From: Ranitomeya imitator
Taxonomy: Eukaryota
Length of the DNA stretch: 64,000 bases
Assembly (NCBI RefSeq): GCF_032444005.1
Contig: NC_091285.1
Location: forward strand, 228,346,001 to 228,410,000
Direction of reading: 5' to 3'
Shown here: positions 9,502 through 19,706 of the stretch, in pieces
Layout of the letters: every line of letters begins with the position of its first letter
How positions within the stretch are numbered: position 1 is the stretch's first letter
Notes under the pieces: model-generated
What the model was told of the DNA's origin: nothing
Seen by the model: only the letters and a program-made list of their open reading frames with translations
Databases searched by the model: none
Position numbers and translations under genes: made by a program

Positions 9502-11658
9502 ACTGTAAAGACTAAGTGGTAAATATATCATCTGTAGATCTGTCAGAAAATGACTATGCTGTGCTATCCAAAGGACTTACCTTTTGCCCAAGAAACTTTC
9601 CGGATTGGTTTCAGATAGAATGTGACTTACATGCCTTTTTTAGATGTTTACGGCTTGCTGTATATTTTTCTGACAAACAGTTGGTTGATAATTATGATAG
9701 TGAGGTTGTCGATGGCTTCACCTTGAAAGGAACGGGCCTATTTAACAAAAGCTCTTTTCAACCTCCTGTGAGAAATCATTTTGTTGAATCTTACATTGAG
9801 TTGGAAGAGAAAGATGTGAAACTATTGAAAGATGGGTTTCGGAATACAGGATTCAACAATTTATCGTATATTGAGAGGCAGTCACTTGACAGACTAGCAG
9901 GTAATGCTGAAATTACAATCAAACCGGCCGACAAAGGCGGTGCGGTTGTAATTATGGATACTATTAAGTATGAGGCTGAAATTCTTGGACAATTGGCTGA
10001 TACTGCTGTATACAGGAAATTGACGGGCAATCCCACTAGTCAATTTCAGAGGGATTTACAGCTCCTGATCGAGGACTCCTTGACTGGTGGACTCATCGAT
10101 CAGAAGCTGTCTGAATTTCTTTTTGTGGATGCACCTATTACTCCCATCCTGTATACATTGCCTAAGATACACAAAGATCTGTGTAACCCCCCAGGACGAC
10201 CCATTGTGTCGGTGAGGGGGTCTATGTGTCATAAAGTGGCTATCTTTCTCGATAGAATCTTGCGTCGTTTTGCCATCTCATCTCGATCCTATATTAGAGA
10301 CACTAACGACTTTTTGGACAAATTGAGGGATGTCAGGGTGGGTACCTCTACCATCCTGGTATCCTTCGATGTAGTCTCCTTATATACTTCAATTGAGCAC
10401 GAAAAGGGGTTACATGCTGTTGATATGGCGCTATCAGGCTCGGACTTGGCTCCAGCGTGTGCACAGTTGGTCCTCACCTTGCTGGAGTTGATCCTCAGGA
10501 GGAATTTTTTCCTCTTTGGGGATGACTACTATCTCCAGCTAAGGGGTACCGCCATGCGGTCCAATGTGTCCACAACTTATGCCAACATCTATATGGCGGT
10601 ACTTGAGGACCAATCTGTGTACAGTTCCAGCTACTGGTGCCACGTCCGGGCCTGGTGGCGCTACATCGATGACATTTTTTGTATATGGGAGGGAACTCAA
10701 ACTGAGCTTTTTGATTTTTTGTCTGAACTTAATAATATACATTCACAGCTTAAATTTACTGTCACACATTCCATGGACAGGATACAATTCCTTGATACCA
10801 TAGTATACAAACAAGATGATAGATTGTGTACAGATCTGTTTATTAAGGCAACCGACAGGAACAGTCTTTTGGAGTATGGCAGCTATCATCCCAGGAGGAT
10901 GATTGATTCGCTCCCGTGGAGCCAATTATTAAGAGTACGCCGTATTTTCTCAGATGATGACATAAGTGATATTAGGTTGGACGAAATGTGCAATAAGTTC
11001 ATCTGCAGAGGTTATCCTAAAGAGAAGGTGATGTGTCAAAAAAATCAGGTGATTACATTAAATGATGGGGAATTACAATCTCATAGAAATAGGAATAGAG
11101 AGAAACGTGTGCCTTTCGTTTCAACTTATTGTCCAGCTAGTGGTAGAATTGCGAGCATTTTGAATAAACATTGGGGTTTTTTGAATAGAGGGTTGCCTCA
11201 GATTCAAGATTTTCGTTCACGGCCTATTCTTTCTTATAGACGTGGACATAACTTGAAAGATAGACTGGTAAAATCTGATGTGGGTACAAGGAGAGTTGCC
11301 ATCCAGCGGACTTTGTGTCCACCTAGGATGGGCAATTTTCCTTGCCTCAGCTGTGCTTGTTGTAGCAATATGCTTAAGGGGGATAGTTTTCATCACCCTC
11401 ATACTGGGAAGAAATTTTCGATTAAAGAACGTTACACATGTTCCTCTAGTTTTGTCATCTATTTGCTAGTTTGTCCTTGTGGACTTATGTATGTAGGGGA
11501 GACTACGATGGAGATTAGAGCTCGCATAAGCAAACACAAGAGCACAATTAGGACTAAATTGCTTGAACTACCAGTCCCTAAACACTTTGAGGAATGTCGA
11601 CATTCTGTCAATCAGCTCCGATTTAGGGTGATCGATGGGGTCCCTACACTGAGAAGGG
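9342..11658 (+). pseudogene. PLE ORF2 part 1: RT plus most of the GIY-YIG endonuclease (in-frame TAA at 9513-9515)
   Basis: 716-aa ORF from 9516 with YIDD (10662-10673) and VIYLLVCPCGLMYVGET. The same frame is open upstream to 9342 except for TAA 9513. Confidence 0.9.
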
Positions 11659-14600
11659 TGTTGTGAATTCTGTTGTCAGGCTCCCTCCTGTGGTCATGAA
11701 TGGTACTTCGGCTGGTTCTGTCCATGGACTTTCTCTGGTGCCTGTGGGTGTTTCTGAGTTTCCTTTCACAGGTGACGAGGCTAATTCGTTAGTGGGCTGC
11801 TCTATTTAACACCACTTAGATCTGTGCCCCATGCCAGCTGTCAATGTTGTACTATGGCTCTAGTTCGCTCCTGGATCGTTCTGAGTTCCTGTTGCTCCAG
11901 CAGAAGCTAAGTTCCTCTGTGCTATTTTGCTTGTTTGCTATTTTTTCTGTCCAGCTTGCTTTTGTCAATATTGCCTTGCTTGCTGGAAGCTCTGGGACGC
12001 AGAGGGGCGCCTCCCGCACCGTGAGTCGGTGCACAAGGTATTTTTCCCTGCACTCTCTGCGTGGTCTTTTGTAGGTTTTTGTGCTGACCGCAAAGTAACC
12101 TTTTCTATCCTCGGTCTGTTCAGTAAGTCGGGCCTCACTTTGCTAAATCTATTTCATCTCTGTGTTTGTATTTTCATCTTTACTCACAGTCATTATATGT
12201 GGGGGGCTGCCTTTTCCTTTGGGGAATTTCTCTGAGGCAAGGTAGGCTTTATTTTCCTATCTTCAGGGCTAGCTAGTTTCTTAGGCTGTGCCGAGTTGCA
12301 TAGGGAGCGTTAGGCGCAATCCACGGCTATTTCTAGTGTGTTTTGATAGGTTTAGGGATTGCAGTCAGCAGAGTTCCCACGTCCCAGAGCTCGTCCTTAT
12401 TATCAGTAACTATCAGGTCCATTATTTGTCCTAACCACCGGATCATAACAGTACAGCTGGCGAAAAGTATTGATGCATCTCAATAGAGGGATAAGTGAAG
12501 CTCTGAGACCATTTTTTTTTCTTTGCAGCGTGTTCTGTCTCACTTTTCCCCTTTACCTCTGGGTGGTTCAGAACAAAGGTGTAGACATGGACATTCAAGG
12601 TCTGTCCTCTTGGATGGATAATCTCACTACAAGGGTACAAAACATTCAAGATTTTGTGGTTCAGAATCCGATGTCAGAGCCTAGGATTCCTATTCCTGAT
12701 TTATTTTTTGGTGATAGATCTAAGTTCTTGAATTTCAAAAATAATTGTAAATTGTTTCTAGCTTTGAAACCTCGCTCCTCAGGTGATCCTGTTCAACAGG
12801 TAAGGATCATTATTTCCTTATTACGTGGCGACCCTCAAGACTGGGCATTTTCTCTTGCGCCAGGAGACCCGGCATTGCGTGATGTAGATGCGTTTTTCCT
12901 GGCGCTCGGATTGCTTTATGACGAACCTAATTCAGTGGATCAGGCAGAGAAAATCTTGCTGGCTCTATGTCAGGGTCAGGATGAGAGAGGTATATTGTCA
13001 GAAGTTTAGAAAGTGGTCTGTGTTCACTCAGTGGAATGAATGTGCCCTGGCAGCAATCTTCAGAAAGGGTCTCTCTGAAGCCCTTAAAGATGTCATGGTG
13101 GGATTTCCCATGCCTGCTGGTCTGAATGAGTCTATGTCTTTGGCTATTCAGATCGATCGGCGCTTGCGTGAGCGTAAAACTGTGCACCATTTGGCGGTAC
13201 TATCTGAGCATGGGCCTGAGCCTATGCAGTGTGATAGGACTTTGACCAGAGCTGAACGGCAGGAACACAGACGTCGGAATGGGCTGTGTTTTTAGTGTGG
13301 TGACTCCACTCATGCTATCTCCGATTGTCCTAAGCGCACTAAGCGGTTCGCTAAGTCTGCCACCATTGGTATGGTACAGTCTAAATTTCTTTTGTCCGTT
13401 ACTCTAATTTGCTCTTTGTCATCCTATTCTGTTATGGCGTTTGTGGATTCAGGCGCTGCCCTGAATTTGATGGACTTAGAGTACGCTAGGCGCTGTGGTT
13501 TTTTCTTGGAGCCCTTGCAGCATCCTATTCCATTGAGAGGAATTGATGCTACGCCTTTGGCCAAGAATAAGCCTCAGTACTGGACCCAATTGACCATGTG
13601 CATGGCTCCTGCACATCAGGAGGATATCCGTTTTTTGGTGTTACATAATCTGCATGATGTGGTCGTTTTAGGGTTACCATGGCTACAGGTCCATAATCCA
13701 GTATTGGACTGGAAATCTATGTCTGTGTCCAGCTGGGGTTGCCAGGGGGTACATGGTGATGTTCCATTTTTGTCAATTTCGTCTTCTACTCCTTCTGAAG
13801 TTCCGGAGTTTTTGTCGGATTATCAGGATGTATTTGATGAGCCCAAAGCCAGTGCCCTACCTCCTCATAGGGATTGCGATTGTGCAATTAATTTGATTCC
13901 TGGTAGTAAGTTTCCTAAGGGCCGATTGTTCAATTTATCTGTGCCAGAACACGCCGCTATGCGGAGTTATATAAAGGAATCCTTGGAGAAAGGCCATATT
14001 CGCCCATCGTCATCACCGTTGGGAGCAGGGTTCTTTTTTGTGGCCAAGAAGGATGGTTCTTTGAGACCTTGTATTGATTACTGCCTTCTTAATAAGATCA
14101 TAGTCAAATTTCAGTATCCTTTGCCGTTGCTGTCCAACTTGTTTGCTCGTATTAAAGGGGCTAGTTGGTTTACCAAGGTAGACCTTCGAGGGGCCTATAA
14201 TCTTGTGCGTATTAAACGGGGCGATGAATGGAAAACAGCATTTAATACGCCCGAGGGCCATTTTGAGTACCTGGTGATGCCATTCGGGCTTTCCAATGCT
14301 CCATCAGTATTTCAGTCTTTTATGCATGACATCTTCCGAGATTACCTGGATAAATTCCTGATTGTGTATTTGGATGATATTTTGGTCTTTTCGGATGATT
14401 GGGAGTCTCATGTGAAGCAGGTCAGAATGGTGTTCCAGGTCCTTCGTGCTAATTCCTTGTTTGTGAAGGGGTCAAAGTGTCTCTTTGGAGTTCAGAAGGT
14501 TTCATTTTTGGGGTTCATTTTTTCCCCTTCTACTGACGAGATGGACCCTGTTAAAGTCCAGGCCATTCATGATTGGACTCAGCCGACATCTGTGAAGAGC

Positions 14601-17427
14601 CTGCAAAAGTTCCTGGGCTTTGCTAATTTTTATCGTCGCTTCATCGCTAATTTTTCTAGTGTTGCTAAACCGTTGACTGATTTAACCAAGAAGGGTGCTG
14701 ATGTGGTCAATTGGTCTTCTGCGGCCGTGGATGCTTTTCAGGAATTGAAGCGTCGTTTTTCTTCTGCCCCTGTGTTGTGCCAGCCAGATGTTTCGCTCCC
14801 GTTTCAGGTTGAGGTTGATGCCTCTGAGATTGGGGCAGGGGCTGTTTTGTCGCAAAAAAGTTCTGATGGCTCGGGAATGAAGCCATGTGCTTTCTTTTCT
14901 AGAAAGTTTTCGCCTGCTGAGCACAATTATGATGTTGGTAATCGAGAATTGTTGGCCATGAAGTGGGCAATCGAGGAGTGGCGTCATTGGCTTGAAGGAG
15001 CCAAGCATCGCGTGGTGGTCTTGACAGATCACAAAAATTTGACTTATCTTGAGTCTGCCAAACGGTTGAATCCGAGACAGGCTCGATGGGCGTTGTTTTT
15101 CTCCCGTTTTGATTTTGTGGTTTCGTACCTTCCGGGCTCTAAGAATGTGAAGGCTGATGCCCTGTCAAGGAGTTTTGTGCCTGACTCTCCGGGTGTTTCT
15201 GAGCCGGCAGGTATTCTCAAAAAGGGGAGAATTTTGTCTGCCATCTCCCCTGATTTGCGGCAGGTGCTGCTGATAGACCTGACCGTTGCCCAGCAAAGAA
15301 ACTGTTTGACCCTGATAAATGGAATAATAAAGTTATCTCTGAGCTTCATTGTTCGGTGTTGGCTGGGCATCATGGAATCTTTGGTACCAGAGATTTGGTG
15401 GCTAGATCCTTTTGGTTGCCGTCTTTGTCATAGGATGTGCGTTCTTTTGTGCAGTCCTGTGGGACTTGTGCTCGGGCTAAGCCCTGCTGTTCTCGTGCTA
15501 GTGGGTTGCTTTTGCCCTTGCCGGTCCCGAAGAGGCCCTGGACGCATATTTCTATGGATTTTATTTCGGATCTCCCCGTCTCTCAAAAGATGTCGGTCAT
15601 TTGGGTGGTTTGTGATCGCTTTTCTAAGATGGTCCATTTGGTACCCTTGTCTAAATTGCCTTCCTCCTCTGATTTGGTGCCATTGTTTTTCCAGCATGTG
15701 GTTCGTTTGCATGGCATCCCGGAGAATATAGTTTCGGACAGAGGTTCCCAGTTTGCTTCGAGGTTTTGGCGATCCTTTTGTGCTAGGATGGGCATTGATT
15801 TGTCTTTTTCCTCGGCTTTCCATCCTCAGACAAATGGCCAAACTTAACGAACTAATCAGACGTTGGAAACATATCTGAGATGCTTTGTTTCTGCTGATCA
15901 GGATGATTGGGTGTCCTTTTTGCCGTTGGCTGAGTTCGCCCTTAATAATCGGGCCAGCTCGGCTACCTTGGTTTCACCATTTTTCTGCAACTCTGGGTTC
16001 CATCCTCGTTTCTCTTCAGGACAGGTTGAGTCTTCGGACTGTCCTGGTGTGGATGCGGTGGTGGATAGGTTGCAGCAGATTTGGACTCATGTGGTGGACA
16101 ATTTGACATTGTCCCAGGAGAAGGCTCAACGTTTCGCTAACCGCCGGCGCTGTGTGGGTCCCCGACTTCGTGTTGGGGATTTAGTTTGGTTGTCGTCTCG
16201 TTATGTTCCTATGAAGGTTTCCTCTCCTAAGTTTAAGCCTCGTTTCATTGGTCCATATAAAATTTCTGAGGTTATCAATCGTGTCATTTCGTTTGGCCCT
16301 TCCTGATTCTTTTGCCATCCATAATGTGTTCCATAGGTCGTTAGGTCGTTATTGCGGAGATACGTGGCGCCTGTGGTTCCATCCGTTGACCCTCCTGCTC
16401 CGGTGTTGGTTGAGGGGGAGTTGGAGTATGTGGTGGAGAAGATTTTGGATTCTCGTATTTCGAGACGTAACTCCAGTACTTGGTCAAGTGGAAGGGTTAT
16501 GGTCAGGAGGATAATTCCTGGGTTTTTGCCTCTGATGTTCATGCGGCCGATCTGGTTCGTGCCTTTCATTTGGCTCATCCTGGTCGGCCTGGGGGCTCTC
16601 GTGAGGGTTCGGTGACCCCTCCTCAAGGGGGGGTACTGTTGTGAATTCTGTTGTCAGGCTCCCTCCTGTGGTCATGAATGGTACTTCGGCTGGTTCTGTC
16701 CATGGACTTTCTCTGGTGCCTGTGGGTGTTTCTGAGTTTCCTTCCACAGGTGACGAGGCTAATTCGTTAGTGGGCTGCTCTATTTAACTCCACTTAGATC
16801 TTTGCCCCATGCCAGCTGTCAATGTTGTACTATGGCTCTAGTTCGCTCCTGGATCGTTCTTAGTTCCTGTTGCTCCAGCAGAAGCTAAGTTCCTCTGTGC
16901 TATTTTGCTTGTTTGCTATTTTTTCTGTCCAGCTTGCTTTTATCAATATTGCCTTGCTTGAGGAAGCTCTGGGACGCAGAGGGGCGCCTCCCGCACCGTG
17001 AGTCGGTGCACAAGGTATTTTTCCCTGCACTCTCTGCGTGGTCTTTTGTAGGTTTTTGTGCTGACCGCAAAGTAACCTTTTCTATCCTCGGTCTGTTCAG
17101 TAAGTCGGGCCTCACTTTGCTAAATCTATTTCATCTCTGTGTTTGTATTTTCATCTTTACTCACAGTCATTATATGTGGGGGGCTGCCTTTTCCTTTGGG
17201 GAATTTCTCTGAGGCAAGGTAGGCTTTATTTTCCTATCTTCAGGGCTAGCTAGTTTCTTAGGCTGTGCCGAGTTGCATAGGGAGCGTTAGGCGCAATCCA
17301 CGGCTATTTCTAGTGTGTTTTGATAGGTTTAGGGATTGCAGTCAGCAGAGTTCCCACGTCCCAGAGCTCGTCCTTATTATCAGTAACTATCAGGTCCATT
17401 ATTTGTCCTAACCACCGGATCATAACA
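11659..17427 (+). mobile_element. Full-length chromoviral Ty3/Gypsy (Tf1/sushi-like) LTR retrotransposon, copy A
   Basis: LTRs 11659-12450 and 16637-17427 (TG...CA, ~99% identical), PPT at 16625-16633, 6-bp TSD GAAGGG, and gag-PR-RT-RH-IN-chromodomain order. Confidence 0.97.
12587..16636 (+). pseudogene. Gypsy A gag-pol, disrupted
   Basis: Gag, DSGA protease, YLDD RT, RNase H and integrase pieces; frameshifts near 12985, 15270 and 16300-16470, and stops at 13293 and 15845. Confidence 0.9.
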
Positions 17428-17433
17428 GAAGGG

Positions 17434-17549
17434 GAGGGAATAGGGTACAATTACTCAAACAAAAGGAACTCAGGTGGATCTCTATACTAGAGACATTACA
17501 ACCGAAAGGGTTAAATATTGAATATAATTTGCAGATATGTAATCTTTGA
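17434..17549 (+). pseudogene. PLE ORF2 part 2: C-terminus of the GIY-YIG endonuclease
   Basis: Removing the Gypsy and one TSD copy restores the frame: ...PTLRR-GGNRVQLLKQKELRWISILETLQPKGLNIEYNLQICNL*. Confidence 0.9.
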
Positions 17550-17569
17550 TCCCTCTCTCTTCCCAGATA

Positions 17570-18647
17570 GTGTCTGATATCTGTATACTTGTTTTTAATG
17601 TTGATATCTTTGTTTTTGTTTTTGTTTCCTTCTAGTACACTGGTGATTTGACATCCAGGGAGATTTGGAAGTTACTGGACTATTTTTCTTTTGTTTGTTA
17701 TGTGTTTGTGTATATATAGTTGGTGTTGTTCACCTATTTCTTCCTTGTCCCCTTGTGTGCCAAATCGCGATATATAAGATATTTGTGTGTACACACGCTG
17801 GTTACCATGGAGTTGGTTATATTCGGTTCTTACCATACAGACAGGGATTTGCTGCGTCCCGTGGTGGTCAGGTGACGTGTGTGGGCGGTTCGCCTATGCT
17901 CCTCCCTGGCTCTGACGTGGCCGCTGGCGCTTCCCTGTACTGTGGGTGAGCGATGTCTGGCTCGGTGCTGCTGGCGCTTGCGCTGTAGGTTGGGTCGGTG
18001 CTGCGGTCATGTGACCGTGTGCACGTGACGCACCTGCACGTTTGCTCTGGCGGCTTCTGACCGGCCGATATGGCGGTGTGCTTGCAGGCTGTTAGGTATA
18101 AGGCGATTGGCTGATGGGTATCAACAACAGCACAGAAAGACCCTTCAGGATTGGAGGATACACCTGTTATGGAGGTTATAAGGATTCATTGGTGGATCAT
18201 CGTCATGACAGCAGAGACAACAAATCTAAGATTGGATTACAGCTCCAGTATTGAATGGTTCCTGACGCCATTTTCTAAGTATTTTGTATCTTCTATGTAA
18301 TATGATGTCAATGTTATGTGGGTATTTATATGTTTTATAGATAATAGTGTAATCTGTGTATTTATAGTATTGTTGTTAAATGAAGGCCGCCCCTTATCAG
18401 TGATTGGTGCCTGATTTTGGCTCCACACTATTTAAGGTGGCCAGGTGAGCTATATTGTGTATTTGACAAAGGCCATATCTGGCCGAAACGTTGTATGATG
18501 GTGGTGGAATAAAGACTTTATACCTTTCACCTGGAATGGATGCTGCTTCTTTTTCTACATTGTGAGTATCAGTCCAGTGGATCCATGGACGTTGGAGCGT
18601 GCATCCTGGCTGATTGAGTGCTGCTGGTTGCTGGTTTTTTTCATATG
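17570..18647 (+). repeat. 3' pseudo-LTR of the PLE
   Basis: Direct repeat of 7502-8580; homology ends at ...CATATG 18647. Confidence 0.93.
18460..18495 (+). ncRNA. Minimal type I hammerhead ribozyme, U3:A8 variant (second copy)
   Basis: TAT-TTGACAA-A-GGCCA/tatc/TGGCC-GAAA-CG-TT-GTA, with a perfect 5-bp stem II. Confidence 0.8.
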
Positions 18648-18759
18648 GTTTACACTGAATGTCCCAGCTTTCCCTGGTTCCCATATGTCTGTTTGAATTG
18701 CATTATTTGCTCTGGTATGCACTGAATGTCCCAGCTTTCCCTGGCTCCCGAATGTCTAT

Positions 18760-19706
18760 GTGAATTGCATGCCACGATCCTCTACACATTCTTGCAACCT
18801 TAATAACCTCATTCCCATTCATCTATCCCCCACTCCCCGAATCCCCTTACCTGGAGCACTATGGAACGCATGTTCTGTTTCCAATAAACTGCCGTTTATC
18901 CATGACCCCCTCACCCCCTCTGATTCAGCCTCTCCAGCTACACTTTCCTACGGTGGACTCCATCTCTCTCACTCCCCTTGCCCCAGCAACAAATGTGGTG
19001 GAGAAGTCGGCCTGCTCCTTTTACCCCAATTCCGCTACCACCCTCTGCCACTCTTCCCTTGTTTGAGATGCTCTCCATCCGCATCTACACCCCCTCCAAC
19101 CTCCAGCTGGCTGTCATCTACCACCCCCCAGAACTAGCCATCTCCACCTTCCTTCTGTTCCCTTACTAATCTCACTAACTCCCCTTCCCTCTTTCTGACC
19201 ACAACCTACTGACAGTCTCTTCCCTCTCCTCTCCTAGTGTGCAACCCCCACTTCACAAACTCACTCACCTATGCAGAAATCTCAAACACGTCAATTTACA
19301 ATCACTCTCTGAGTCCTTTCTTCCTCTTACAGACATAGCTTCCCTTCATGACACAGATGCTGCTGCCACTTTCTATAACACCACAATAACAGCAACACTT
19401 GATTCGGCTGCCCCCTCACGCATAGCATAACTCAACAGTCAACAGACAGCCCTGGCTGACCAACCTGACCAAAGAACTGAGATGGGCTTCCAGGGTCGCT
19501 GAGTGAAGATGGAAGCGATCCCGCTCTACCGAGTGCTTCATCGCATACAAGCAGTCCTTCGGCAGCTTCAAGTCCACGCTCACAGTTGCAAAACAAACTT
19601 ACTTCTCATCTCTCATATCCTCCCTGTCTCACAACCCTAAACAGCTTTTCAACACTTTCAATTCTCTACTCCATCCCACAGCACCTCCTCCCTCTCAACT
19701 CATTAC
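18760..19706 (+). mobile_element. Decayed L2/CR1-clade LINE fragment (APE endonuclease and linker)
   Basis: Translated pieces GALWNACSVSNKL, GGEVGLLL, LQLAVIYHPP, and KQTYFSSLISSLSHNPKQLFNTF across several frameshifts. Confidence 0.7.

Larger units (their letters stand above)
7502..18647 (+). mobile_element. Penelope-like retroelement (Neptune-type), interrupted by a Gypsy element at 11659-17427
   Basis: PLE-type RT (TIKPADKGG, LYTLPKIHK, GTAM.SNVS..YANIYM, YIDD), C-terminal GIY-YIG endonuclease with an upstream Cys cluster, direct pseudo-LTRs at offset 10068, and hammerhead motifs. Confidence 0.93.

Noticed and set aside
12458-12470. tRNA-type PBS beginning TGG
   Set aside because: It is 7 nt from the LTR and is not conserved in Gypsy B; complementarity to the element's own R region, with covariation, explains it better.
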